Shown here: positions 10,832 through 23,751 of the stretch, piece after piece | How the letters are laid out: every line of letters starts with the position of its first letter | Numbering within the stretch: position 1 is the stretch's first letter | NCBI RefSeq assembly: GCF_006345805.1 | Contig: NC_042997.1 | Span: forward strand, 33,976,001 to 34,040,000 | DNA from: Octopus sinensis | Taxonomy: Eukaryota | Direction: 5' to 3' | Length of the DNA stretch: 64,000 nucleotides | Position numbers and translations under genes: made by a program | The notes under the pieces: model-generated | The model's input: only the letters and a program-made list of their open reading frames with translations | Databases searched by the model: none | What the model was told of the DNA's origin: nothing

Positions 10832-11036
10832 AAGGCGGCGAACTGGCAGAATCATTAGCGTACCGGGCAAAATGCTTAGTGGCATTTCGTCCGTCTACGT
10901 TCTAAGTTCAAATTCCACCGTTGTTGACTTTACTTTTCATCCTTTCGGGATCGATAAAATCAAGCACTGGGGTCGATGTAATCAACTAGCACTTCCCCCA
11001 AAATTTCAGGCCTTGTGCCTATAACAGAGGATTATT
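10832..11036 (+). mobile_element. SINE family E (family A head and core, different tail ccccaaaatttcaggccttgtgcctat)
   Basis: Shares head and core with family A. Further copies at 31611, 37135 (-), 59924, 60174 and 60388. Confidence 0.75.
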
Positions 11037-11301
11037 ATTATTATTATTATTTGGAATATGTTGCATGTCTTCCTGGTCTATCTTTGATCAATTGATTCCC
11101 TTCAACCACCACAGTTGATCCTTATACAATCCTTACATAATGTTATAACTTTTACATAGTTGTTCATTGATTATGTTACACATTCTTCATTTGACTTTGA
11201 CTGAATAAGTTTTAAATCTTTAAATTATTGCTATTCTTTTGAAATATTTGAATTCTTCCTCAAACTTTCTGAAATTGTATTTCATCCATTAATTTTGAAC
11301 A

Positions 11302-11349
<48 letters not shown>

Positions 11350-11380
11350 TTTTGTCTCAGTGTTCGATTACACCCGGTAG

Positions 11381-11852
11381 GAGGCGCAATGGCCCAGTGG
11401 TTAGGGCAGCGGTTGTCGGATCGCGGTTTCGATTCCCAGACCGGGCGTTGTGAGTGTTTATTGAGCGAAAACACCTAAAGCTCCACGAGGCTCCGGCAGG
11501 GGATGGTGGTGATCCTGCTGTACTCTTTCACACACAACTTTCTCTCACCTTTACTTCCTGTTCTGTTGTACCTGTATTTCAAAGGGCCGGCCTTGTCACT
11601 CTCTGTGTCACGCTGAATATCCCCGAGAACTACGTTAAGGGTACACGTGTCTGTGGAGTGCTCAGCCACTTGCACGTTAATTTTACGAGCAGGATGTTCC
11701 GTTGATTCGGATCAACCGGTACTCTCGTCGTCGTAACCGACGGAGTGCTTCCACACCCGAGTGCTCAGCCACTTACACGTTAATTTCACGAGCAGGCTGT
11801 TCGTTGATTCGGATCAACCGGAACCCTCGTCGTCGTAACCGACGGAGTGCTT
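11381..11852 (+). mobile_element. tRNA-derived SINE family C with a tandemly duplicated 3' end
   Basis: Head GGCGCAATGGCCCAGTGGTTAGGGC...GGTTTCGATTCCC. About 100 bp of the tail is repeated at 11758-11852. Confidence 0.8.
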
Positions 11853-12652
11853 CCATACCCAGTAAAACAACATACAATAATTGTTTTACTTCTTGCTCCC
11901 TCCCTTGGAGATCCTGTTTTTCTCTTCGCTCTTATACATGTTTCCTCACTATCACTTTCCTTCCTTCCAGTATATACCTATATAGTATTGAAACTGTTGT
12001 ATCAGAGCTTAGCTAATCCCTCTCACCTCTCTCAGAAACTAGATCTTGCTTTAGCAATTTCCTTTCATGTTCTTTTTACACAAACTCTGTCTCACTTTCC
12101 GTTATATCAATTACCTTTTATTTATATGATAATCATTTGCCCTCATTTTAACAATAAAAAAAAATTACTTGCTCCGTCTATGTTTCTTAAATTCTAAAAC
12201 GTTTTTTGTCTGAGTTTTTCTCGTCTGCAAATATTATAACTATAACCCTGTAACAATGCACAACGATTCATTTTTATCTAAATTCTATTACTCAATTTTG
12301 AAGTTTATATTACTTTTTGTCAACAGTCAGTTGTATTATCCAATAGATTCCATTAATTTTGAAATGTCATAACTCTTGTTGAATAAAGCTTTAAGAGTAT
12401 ATTTGATTATTTTTTAAATAATATTTACTGTGCGATTTTATAACCATAAATAAGTCATTGTATTGATCCAAAAGTTCTGTCTGATAGAATTGCTTACGTG
12501 AAACTCAGAGTTGCGGTTCGTGAATTTCATTTTTCCTTTTAATTTCTCTTAAATTTCTCTAATTTGGGTATTTCTATACTATTTTCTCCATTCGTGTTTT
12601 GCGCCTATGTGATCACAGGTATCTGTGTGTGTCTGTATACATGCGCGTTCGA

Positions 12653-12684
<32 letters not shown>

Positions 12685-12705
12685 TTGTGCAGGTGTATAT
12701 ATATA

Positions 12706-12870
12706 GGTGCAGGAGTGGCTGTGTGGTAAGTAGCTTGCTTACCAACCACATGGTTCCGGGTTCAGTCCCACTGCGTGGCATCTTGGGCAAGTGTCTTCTA
12801 CTATAGCCTCAGGCCGACCAAAGCCTTGTGAGTGGATTTAGTAGATGGAAACTGAAAGAAGCCCATCGTA

Positions 12871-12922
<52 letters not shown>

Positions 12923-13140
12923 TGTGTGTGTTTGTGTGTCTGTGTTTGTCCCCCTAGCATTGCTTGACAACCGATGCTGGTGTGTTTATGTCCCCGTCAC
13001 TTAGCAGTTCGACAAAAGAGACTGATAGAATAAGTACTGGGCTTACAAAGAATAAGTCCCGGGGTCGAGTTGCTCGACTAAAGGCGGTGCTCCAGCATGG
13101 CCGCAGTCAACTGACTGAAACAAGTAAAAGAGTAAAAAGA
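12706..13140 (+). mobile_element. SINE family B, full length
   Basis: tRNA head, CORE-like segment, internal (TA/TG)n, tail gtcaactgactgaaacaagtaaaagag. Confidence 0.85.
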
Positions 13141-13321
13141 GAGAGTATATGTGTGTATATAATTTTATATACATCATCTACTGATCTCTGTGCTTCCGGA
13201 TTAAGTTACTATGATTAAGTTTCTCCCTATATATATGTATTTGTATGCATGTGTGTGTTCGTATACATGTCAGCATATGTATGTATATAAGTATGTATAT
13301 ATCTATATCTATTTTTATATA

Positions 13322-13357
<36 letters not shown>

Positions 13358-13523
13358 CATACATACACACACAAGCACACATCACGTACATGTTCGAATA
13401 TTTGTTAGACATGTGTGCTACACAGCATCTGATCATTTAAGTGTGTTTAATTCTATCGCACATATATTATATACAAGCTGTTGAGCCAAGCCAACCTAAA
13501 CACACACACACACACACACACAC

Positions 13524-13554
<31 letters not shown>

Positions 13555-14084
13555 CTGAACTCTTACCATTTGAAATAGCAAAATACCACACAGATCACAT
13601 CAACACATCGGATACACTCACATCATCACGCAAGACTAACACCTCGAATGATATATATATACGACATACGACTGCATTACATCTGCATAACCACACATTA
13701 ACATACATAATTTAAGTTGGACAGTGTTGTGTTATTAATGTGCTATGATTGTGTTGATTACACCTAAAATAAAACATCACACATAGTCAGACTGATAAGC
13801 TGAGGATTTGCTATTCAAATTAACTTTTCACAAACAATATATCTGACTTGGTCATCACTAGAAAAGTCTATTAAGTTATTGATGTGAATTTGAGTGGTGA
13901 TATTATGATTGACAAACATCTAACTAAATTCTCAATTTCCATTTCAACTTAATTTAAAATAAAAATTCTAAAATTGTATTTTCTAAAAAAAAAAAAAATT
14001 CGTTTTTCTTTTTTCAGTTCATATACTTTTTAATTCGTGTGTGTGTGTATCCATTACGCATGTGTGTATATACTTATATATATA

Positions 14085-14500
14085 CTCTTTACTCTTTTAC
14101 TTGTTTCAGTCATTTGACTGCGACCATGCTGGAGCACCGCCTTTAATTGAGCAACTCGACCCCGGGACTTATTCTTTTTGTAAGCCCAGTACTTATTCTA
14201 TCGGTCTCTTTTGCCGAACCGCTAAGTAATGGGGACATAAACACACCAGCATCGGTTATCAAGCAATGCTAGGGGGACAAACACAGACACAAACAAACAC
14301 ACATACACACACACACACATATATATATATACATATATACGACAGGCTTCTTTCAGTTTCCGTCTACCAAATCCACTCACAAGGCATTGGTCGGTCCGGG
14401 GCTATAGCAGAAGACACTTGCCCAAAATGCCACGCAGTGGGACTGAACCCGGAACCATGTGGCTGGTTAGCAAGCTACTTACCACACAGCCACTCGTGCA
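14085..14500 (-). mobile_element. SINE family B
   Basis: Matches 12706-13140. Confidence 0.85.
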
Positions 14501-14502
14501 TG

Positions 14503-14546
<44 letters not shown>

Positions 14547-14769
14547 ATATATATTGAGAGAGAGAGAGAGCGAGAGAGAGAGAGTGGGGATAGCATAAAA
14601 AGTCAGGAGTTGATATCCATAAGCTTACGGCTGTTTCGCAGCCTCCATCATGTAATATTTTTAATGTATGATAGATTATTTTATATGTCTGCATGAATAT
14701 GCATGCTATACATTGCATGCATATTGTACAATTATAAATCAAATAGAAGGCTAGCTCTTCAGATCGCCA

Positions 14770-16190
14770 GAGCATCATGGTTACACCAATGCTTCAACTC
14801 TCGATATAAGAATATGATGGAGAAAATTCAGAGAGCTTTTGCATTTGTTAGTAATAAAAGGTTTCTCTCTCCGCATCAAAGGAAGGTTGGATGATGCTTG
14901 TGTACGAACACCAATGATACATGGTAGTGAGGCGTGGCCCCTTAATGCAGAGGGCATGCAATGATTAGGGGCGAGGGAATTAAGCCAGTATGCTCCGTTG
15001 GCTGTGCATTGCTTTTACATGTACGACAAAGTGCTAATCTGTTGAGAGAAGAGTAAGTCAGAAGAAGAGTTAAATGCAGTGTGCAAGAGAGAAAATTCCG
15101 CTGGTGTGGTCATGTGATGCATATGGATTAGGACAGTTGCATAAAGAAGTGTCGATCACTTAAAATAGATAGAACTTATGGAAGAGAAAGACCCAGGAAA
15201 AATGTTGGATAAAGTACTAAAGATGATCTCAAGATGCTGGAACTTACGACGAAGTTGACAAAGGGCTGAGATGAGTGGTGTTTTGTTGTGTCCAAGAAGA
15301 CCCGTCGGCCACAGTAGAATTGATATCCTAAAACCACCTTAGTAATTCTTTTACGCGGAGGGCCCTGCTCCACCCCCACTCTCTGTACGCCGTCATGCAT
15401 TTCCCCTACATCTCATTCCCAGACAATCATTACTTCTGTACCTGTGGTGTACTGTGGTGTACTCAGCTGTCTTAATATTCCAAGAACAGAATAGGCTCAT
15501 ACTACATCCCCTGCCCTTTTGGTTAGCTTATCTTCCCTACCCACGATTTCCACCAATTGCTTCTTTTCTGTGTCTTCAACCATTGCTCTGCCTCCCACCT
15601 GCTATTCTCCATCCTTAAGACCTCTCCTGACTGCTATCGATCTCAGTGCCCTCACATATCTACCATAGCCTCACTCGAGCCACTTCTATATCTCTCACCA
15701 TGACTTGCTGCAGTAGCCGCCTGCATACACACACTCACACACATACACACCTGCTACTGTCCCGTCTCTAACCATCTCACCTCACACTCTTATGAAAGTT
15801 CCCACTCTATCCTCCCATCCATTCACCCTTTCCAATCTTCTGTACCAGTTCACTTATATTCACTCCCCACTTTACCTTGAGTGTATGCCTCGACTTACCA
15901 CCACCACCACCTCCTCCTCCTCACTAACTGACTCACTTTCTCTGTCTTTCTAACTCTCTCTCCATTCTTTTCCAACTGGGGTAGCCATGTATCTCCCACA
16001 TTACAAGATGCCTATCCCTATCCCTCTATTATACATTAAACTCTCATCAACTGTCCCAAAGCAACCTCCTTCAATACTACTTCCATTTCTAATCGAGGGG
16101 ACCTTGCCTTGCAAGTTACTTGGTGACCCCACCGGTGTTGGTGTTACGTAAAAAGCACCCAACGCACTCTGTAAAGTGGTTGGCTTTAGG
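14770..16190 (+). mobile_element. 5'-truncated degraded RTE LINE (ORF2 C-terminus plus 3' UTR)
   Basis: WRKFRELL..KGRLDDACVRTPMIHGSEAWPL..FRWCGHVMHMD..GRERPRK, then a pyrimidine-rich UTR ending gcactctgtaaagtggttggc. Confidence 0.8.
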
Positions 16191-16719
16191 AGTGTGGTAC
16201 TTTTTGGTTATCTCACACCCATTAAAAAATTGCCACTAAAAAATTGGGTTATCTCCACACTAAAAAGTTGATTTTATGTGGCGAAAGAGATTGGATTAAA
16301 AGGGTTAAATCCTTTTGATTCAATACTTCAACACATTGTTGACTTTTGGCCTCATAAACACGCATGGTTTGATTTGTTATAAAAATGTTATTAGATTCAA
16401 TAAGATGTTTAATTTTTTCAGTTAACATGTTTATTAATTTTTTCAATTTTGTATGATTTGTTGTAAAAATATTATCAGATTCAATAAGATGTTTAATCTC
16501 TTCACTTTCCATGTTTATTACTTTTTTTTTTGTTTTATTGAGGGCTAAACAATGTTTTTAGTTGGGGGAAATAAAACAATTCTTTAATGTAAGAGCATAG
16601 AGCATATATGTATATGTATATATTTTATTTGCGGTTGAAGCTTTGGCTGTTATTTCTAGTGGGTGAATGGCCTATTATGGCCGTTCCTTGATTGTTGATG
16701 TATATGTATATATATAATA

Positions 16720-16755
<36 letters not shown>

Positions 16756-16800
16756 ATATATTATATAATATATATATATATATTATATATATATATATAT

Positions 16801-17185
16801 AGGCGCCGGAGTGGCTGTGTGGTAAGTAGCTTGTTTACTAACCACATGGTCCGGGTTCAGTCCCACTGCGTGGCACCTTGGGCAACTGTCTTCTACTATA
16901 GCCTCGGGCCGACCAAAGCCTTGTGAGTGGATTTGGTAGACGGAAACTGAAAGAAGCCCGTCGTATATGTGTATATATATATGCGTGTTTGTGTGTTTGT
17001 CCCCTAGCATAGCTTGACAACCGATGCTGGTGTGTTTATGTCCCCGTTACTTAGCGGTTCGGCAAAAGGAACCAATAGAATAAGTACTGGGCTTACAAAA
17101 GAATAAGTCGCGGGGTCGAGTTGCTCGATTAAAGGCGGTGCTCCAGCATGGCCGCAGTCAAATGACTGAAACCAGTAAAAGAGTA
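16801..17185 (+). mobile_element. SINE family B
   Basis: Matches other family B copies. Confidence 0.85.
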
Positions 17186-17205
17186 AATATAGGTAGGTAT
17201 GTATA

Positions 17206-18499
17206 TTGAGTTGGCAACTAAGTTCCCGCTGTTTTTTTAATTGAATTTTTTTAAAAGGTTTAATAAACAAATAACAACTAATTAATCAATAATGTATTCA
17301 CCCTTGTTGTTTACAACTTCTTCCCAACGTTGAGCAAGATTTTCAATACCTCGTTGGTAGAAATCACCCGATTTCGACTCGAAAAATTGATCCAACCGAG
17401 CTCACAATCCTGCATCAGTATTGAACGAAATTCCGCGCATAGCATTTGAAAGAGATCGAAAGCAAAAGAGGTGGAAATCCGTTGGTGCCAAATCAGGAGA
17501 GTACTACGAGTGTGGCAGCACTTCCCAGCCATGCGTTTGAATGGTCATATTGGTGATATGAGGGCGGGCGTTTGTCGTGCAGCAGAAGAACTTCATGCTG
17601 TCGATTAGGTCTTTTCTCTTGAATAGCCATGTTGAGTCGTTCCATCTGTTGAACATAGAGTCCCGTGTTGACCGTTTGGTTTTGTTCAAGCAATTCGTAA
17701 TGGATAATCCCTTCCCAGTCCCACTATACGCACAACATCGTTTTACGCGTGTGAAGATCTTGTTTCACACGCGGTGTCGCTTGTTTACCGGGACTAAGCC
17801 ATTCCTTACGCTGCTTCATATTGATGTACAGGTATCATTTATTGTCGCCAGTAACGATTCAGTAAAGAAATTCTTGCTTGTGTCCATGAGTTAAGCGGTG
17901 ACGAGCAAGCAAACCAGCGGAATTGTGAGTCGTTGATTTTTCTTGTGGTCACTTGAGGCATGCAGAACCCATGCTCCCTACTTCTGAACCTTTCCCATCG
18001 AGTGAAGATGCTTCTCTATAGCAGTGTGGGAGCATTCCATTTTCTCTGCCAGTTCCCTTGTCGTTTGATGAGAATTTTCGTGCAAAAGTTAGTTTAATCG
18101 CTTTTCATCGAACTCAACTGGATGCCCAGAACGAGGTGCATCTTGAGGTCAAAATTTCCATTTTTGAGCTTGGCATACCAATCACGAGCGGTTCTTTCAG
18201 CTATGGCACCCTCTCCATACACAGCACAAATGTCGCGAGCCGCTTCTGCCGCCTTGGAACCTTGATTAAAAGCAAAAAGGTGTCGAAAATGCTCGTTTTT
18301 CTTAACTTGACATTCATTTTAATGATCTGAAAACAAACAAAAAAATTAAACTAGAAAAAAAAAAAAGCAAAATTGATTCCAAAATGATTCAAAAATAGAA
18401 TTCTCGAAAAAAAAAAAAATTCCAAAATTTAAAAACGCAATAAATTCCAAAATTGAAAAAAAACCCAAAAAAACCGCGGTAACTTAGTTGCCAGCCCAA
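17206..18499 (-). mobile_element. Full-length defective mariner (D,D34D) transposon
   Basis: TIRs TTG(A/G)G(T/C)TGGCAACTAAGTT, TA on both sides, 1294 bp. Minus-strand motifs IVTGD, WDWEGIIHYELL, LLHD(N)ARPH, EVLPH..YSPDLAPTDFHLF, broken by frameshifts and stops. Confidence 0.92.
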
Positions 18500-18689
18500 T
18501 ATATAAAATATTATTCTTTTGATACATAATGTGATTATTTTTAGCTTTTATGAAAACGAAAAGCATATTTCCCAAATAAATAAATAAATAAATAAATAAA
18601 AATATAAAGAAATACAAAACAAAACAAAACTAACACAGACCTTATCTATATGATGGCTTGAAATATCCATTTAATCTTCTGAATTCTAT

Positions 18690-19150
18690 GAATTAAATGT
18701 GTTGTGTCTCCTTTTCCGTTTCTTCTTCCTCTCCCTCGCCCCCACCCTCTTCCTGCTTCTTCTCCACCCTTCTCTTTTCTCTTCCCACTCTTTCCTCCTC
18801 TTCCTTCTTACCTCTTCATCCCTCTCTTCCATTCTTCACCACTTCCTCTCCTCCATCATCATTTTCTCTTGCTCTCCTTCACTTCTCCTTCTCTCCTTAT
18901 TCTTCTCCCTTCCTCCCCTCCTCCTCTTCCTATTCTTTTTCTTCTCCTCTCGTCCCCTTCATCGTCGTCCTCCTCCTCTTCCCAATCCCCTCCTACCGTC
19001 ATCCCCTCCTCTTCCGGTCCTCCCCTCCTCCTCCCGTAGGCTTGAAACGTTAAAGACTTTTTCACTTCCCGAGCGTTAAACTAATACATCTGTTTGTTGT
19101 CTACACCACCTATCTTCGTCTTTTGTTTTTGTAGTGAATTCTCCCCAATA
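18690..19150 (+). mobile_element. Penelope-like 3' terminal fragment (pyrimidine tract plus ...GAAACG..GAGCGTT motif)
   Basis: Tail homologous to 48555-48680, which belongs to a GIY-YIG-encoding element. Confidence 0.6.
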
Positions 19151-19329
19151 TATATATATAGGTTTCAAAATTTGAACAGAAACGAAACAAATGAACAAAT
19201 GGAGAATTCACACAGAATAGGACGTAGCTAATTCCTCATCACTTGTAGTCCAAAAGAACCTCACTAATTCATACCTATAGAGAGTATTCGGGATAAATTT
19301 GACGATTTTGTCTCCTTCTTTCAAAAACA

Positions 19330-20110
19330 GCTTGATGTATTGGTGAGTTAGAGAACATAAAAATTGAAGTTGTAGCTTTGAAAGACTTAGATGACTTGGA
19401 GGTCTGGAAGCCGTCTGAATATTGGAAAAGCATTACAGTATCATGATGGTTCGCGCCGTGTATCAAAATACCTATTTCTTTACTACCCACAAGGGGCTAA
19501 ACACAGAGGGGACAAACAAGGACTGACAAACGGATAAAGTCGATTATATCGATCCCAGTGCGTAACTGGTACTTAATTTATCGACCCCGAAAGGATGAAA
19601 GGCAAAGTCGACCTCGGCGGAATTTGAACTCAGAACGTAACGACAGACGAAATACGGCTACGCATTTCGCCCGGCGTGCTAACGTTTCTGCCAGCTCGCG
19701 GCCTTGGAAAAGCATTATAGTATCATGATGGTTCGCGCCGGGTATCAAAATACCGACATTACGACTACTGCTCAACGCTCTGTGAATACTCTAAAGGCTG
19801 CAAAACGTGGCTTGGACTGCTGCAACGGAGACTACGAAACCGTGGCAAGTAGAAAGGGACACATTAGGTGCTCTGATTGCGTCTGCTCGCCACAGTTCGC
19901 CCGTTCTTCTTCAAACAGGGCCTTAGACTCAACTAAGACGGCAATGTGAAGCTGCTAGAGACTGTAGTCAATCCCTGGCTGAAGTAGGTGCTCGAAGGTT
20001 TTCCCTAAGGCACAATGAGTATGCATGTAGCCAAGTTCCGGAGCCGTCAGAGGTTGTGGTGGAAGTTGAGTGCGACTACGTTGAGTAAACTTATCCCCCA
20101 GCCATCATAA
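19330..20110 (+). mobile_element. Degraded Tc1/mariner (maT/DD37D-like) transposase remnant, interrupted by SINE A
   Basis: Fragments FAPC (DSAPCH), LDCCNGDY (SPDCNPLDY) and KFRSR..VVVEVECDYVE* (RFRSRLEAVVEAEGGYFE). Confidence 0.5.
19473..19703 (-). mobile_element. SINE family A flanked by a 51-bp direct repeat
   Basis: Direct repeats at 19422-19472 and 19704-19754, with 2 mismatches. Confidence 0.88.
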
Positions 20111-20262
20111 TCTAATTGATGTTTATTGATTTTTTAAAATACTTTTATTTTTGAATGGAATATTGCTTTTTTTTCCTTTTATGAAAACTCATATTTAGCC
20201 CAAACACCTGTGTTTGGTTTGTGTGTGTGTATATATATCTATATATATCTATATATATATAT

Positions 20263-20355
<93 letters not shown>

Positions 20356-20364
20356 ATAATATAT

Positions 20365-20525
20365 GAGGCGCAATGGCCTAGTGGTTAGGGCAGCGGACTC
20401 GCGGTCGCAGGATCGCGGTTTCGATTCTCAGACCGGGCGTTGGTGTGTTTATGAGCGAAAAAACACCTAAAAGCTCTACGAGGCTCCGGGGGGGGGTGGT
20501 GATCCTGCTGTACTCTTTCACCACA
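20365..20525 (+). mobile_element. SINE family C, 3'-truncated
   Basis: Head matches 11381. Confidence 0.75.
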
Positions 20526-20579
20526 ATGGCGGTGCCCCAGCATGGCCACAGCTCAAGAGCTGAAACTGGAAAAACAAAA

Positions 20580-21223
20580 ACAAACAAACAAATATATATT
20601 CATATATAACGCAAGACACATACATGCACACACATTCATACACACACGTACATACACACACATACACATGAACACACATATACCTCCGCACACAACCTCA
20701 CACAGATCACCCACACAAGCAAACACATGGAAAAAGTTAATACCACACACACACATACACACACTCTACCATACACACACCCTATCACACACACATGCCA
20801 CTACACCCACACGCGCACACACCCACAAATACACTCAGATACCAACCATTCTTCACACTCTCCTGTCCCAGAAAGCACTTCATCTTTGTCTATCTACTTC
20901 CGGTCAGTCCAAAATGTAACTACACGTTCTATATTTGAGAGATGAGGAATTATGTACATTATTTATATTTTACACGTGGATTGTTGGCGATTTTTCCCCC
21001 TCCTTCCATTTCCTTTGGACTTTTCTATGTCTCCTGTTTCCGAAGAAGAGCTTTGCTCGAAACGTAAAATAACCACTCTTTCTTTCCTTCTCTGAGCGTC
21101 TCATTAATACTTTGCATTACTATGTTCTTGCGTTGTTTTTTCTTGTCTTTCTTCTCCGTTGTTTTTTTAATTAGCTATATATATTATAATATATATATAT
21201 AATATATATATATATATATGTGT

Positions 21224-21257
<34 letters not shown>

Positions 21258-21480
21258 CACACACACGCACATATATATGTACACACACGTATATATGTGA
21301 CCGCGTGTGTACCGTTGGCGATTTTTCCCTCTGTCTTCCTTCTCTGGATCTTTCCTTCTCCTATGTTTCCGACGAGAGCTCCGCTCGAAACGTTAAACTC
21401 TCCTTCTTTCCTTAGCGTCCAATAACTATATTTGTTTCACGTCCTCGCGTTGTTGTGTGTGTTTTTGTGCTTTCTTGTTT
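20580..21480 (+). mobile_element. Two Penelope-like 3' terminal fragments carrying hammerhead-like motifs
   Basis: CCGA(A/C)GA-(A)GAGC-nnn-GCTC-GAAAC...GAGCGTC at about 21039 and 21369. Confidence 0.55.
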
Positions 21481-22831
21481 GGATTAATATATAATATATA
21501 TATATATATATATAATATATTATATATAATATATATATACAGATATATATGTATGTATATATACAGATATGTATGTATGTATTTATGTGTATGTGTATGC
21601 GTGAGTGTGTGTGTGTTTCTTCCCACCGCTTGTCAACCAGTTTTTGTTTCTGTACATCCCCGTAACCTGGCAGTTCGGCAAAGGAGACTGACAAAATAAG
21701 TACTAGGCTTTAAAAAAAAGTACTGGGATAAATTCGTTTGGCTAAAAATAAAAAAACCTTGAAGGTAGTGCCCCAGCATGGTCGCAATGAAATGACTGAA
21801 ACGAAAGGTGAAAGGTATATGGTTGTGCAGTCATAATAATAAGAAAAACAAAACCTACTGTAATACTAATTGAGGAACTTCAAAGAGTATTCTACTGCAA
21901 GAAGATCCAAATACTTTGGAGAGATATTGAATGAAAGCTTATCTACCAGGGGGATGGTTTTTCTTTTATTTCTGGTTTACCAAATAATTTTGTTTACGAA
22001 AACTTCGTAGTTAATTTTCTCTGTATTTTTATTATATCACAGTATCACTATTGTGAGAGTAGGAGTCGTCTTAGCTCTGGATAGAACGCTAATGTATCGC
22101 AGGCGTATTAGATTTAAAACATAGTGAATTACAACTCCCGTATGGTACTTATTTTACAGTTACTTAACCTGAGCCATTTAGAATTAAGTGACTTTGATGG
22201 AGATATAACACACTGATGGCGATTGATCAGATTCCATAATAGGTTTTGGCCACAAGAGCCAGTATCCTAACAACTCATCTGGCTATGTCTCAGTAGGGTT
22301 AATAAGATAAATTTCTCACTGACAAACTGATGTGGGGAAAGAGAGAGAGAGAGAGAAAAGTAGAAGGCGGCCGACTGAAAAGACATAATTCGCGTTACAT
22401 GATTACCTCCATACTTGTAATTCATTAAGTTTGGTGATCAAATTAATTTACAGTGTCATTAAGAATACGACCTCGAAATTTGACAGACTTAAAGAAAGTA
22501 GTACTTATTGAGTGATATTCAAACAAGCGTGTAATTATTCCGGATTAACAGAATCAAATCAAATCGAGCATATATCAGCATAACACAAACGAGTGGATAA
22601 TTTCAACTTCCATCGACTAAACAGTACAAATGAAATCGTATATGACAACTGTAGCTATAGAACGATTAAATTTTGAATTAGCTTATATAATGTAACAGTA
22701 GGTAAAAATCACGATTAAAATGTGTGTTGGTAAAATACAGCAGAAATGAAACGAGAGAATGAGAGTGAAAGGCAAAGCATCAGGAAAGTATAAAATTATA
22801 AGCACAAAATGTGTAGTGACGCTATCCAACA

Positions 22832-23087
22832 GCGCGCACGCGCGCAACGTCCTCTTCAGTTTCGCGTGTGCGGGTTTGGAGCCTTCAGGAAAGGCAGAGG
22901 GGAAGAGCCCTCTCGCGCATGCGCGAAGACCGGAAGAAGGGATTGCTGATGTGTCATTAGCTGATAGGCAGGGGAGAGGTACCTACAAGGCGTACAGGGA
23001 TACGCATAGCAGTAAGCGGTCAGAGAAGGCTTTCCGCCAGACATTGTTGCAGACGTATTTTCTTCGCTCCTTAAGGACGCCATATTT
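22832..23087. promoter_or_regulatory. CpG-rich promoter-like patch (NRF1 palindrome TCGCGCATGCGCGA, ETS CCGGAAG, YY1-like CGCCATATTT)
   Basis: Motifs at 22913-22926, 22930 and 23078. CpG density is far above the flanks. Confidence 0.6.
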
Positions 23088-23751
23088 GACAGTTCAGTTT
23101 GCTGTTGAACTTGTAAGATTCTTACAAGCGTTAAAGTTTCAGCCTTGCCACATCCATACCAAGTGGAACCAAATATACCACCTTATTTCTTACTGTTATA
23201 AGAACAATAAAGAGTATATATTTTTACTGTTGCTTTTGTGTTCTTTGACTGGTAGAATCTGGAAATTTAAGCAACGGAAATTGTGAATGCACCAGTTGCA
23301 CCCTAAAAGTGCAAGAAGCAACCAAATCCCGTTACATGTGATTATAGAGTAGAGAAATGATGTAAAGAATACTAAATAGAAACAGACGAACTGACTGTCA
23401 AGGCTTAAATAAACAAACAACCGAAGGAAGAAGGGAACAGCAGCTGCGTCTTGGAAAGAAATGAAGAATGGGGAATGAATGAAATACAGTTATTGTCAAG
23501 AGAAATATACATTAGTCAGCTTTTAACAATTTCGGACTCAGAGGATTTGAATAGTTTAGACTGAAATAGATAACAGCTAGCCTCCGGCCTTTTGGACCCT
23601 GTTGTGTCCACTACTCTGATTGGTTGATATTGGCGCAATTTGTCTCTTGCTCTATAGCGCGTCTATATGCAACCCATAAGGTCATGTGAGACAGTCTCTT
23701 CTAAAACTCCGGTGAGCTGACTGCTGACTATAAAACTCTTCGCGCCGTCGC

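Noticed and set aside
13567-13763. Minus-strand segment with good acceptor and GTAAGA donor
   Set aside because: Stops in all three frames. It could be a non-coding exon but is unsupported.
16340-16520. ~75-bp tandem duplication in AT-rich sequence
   Set aside because: Ordinary local duplication with no further structure.
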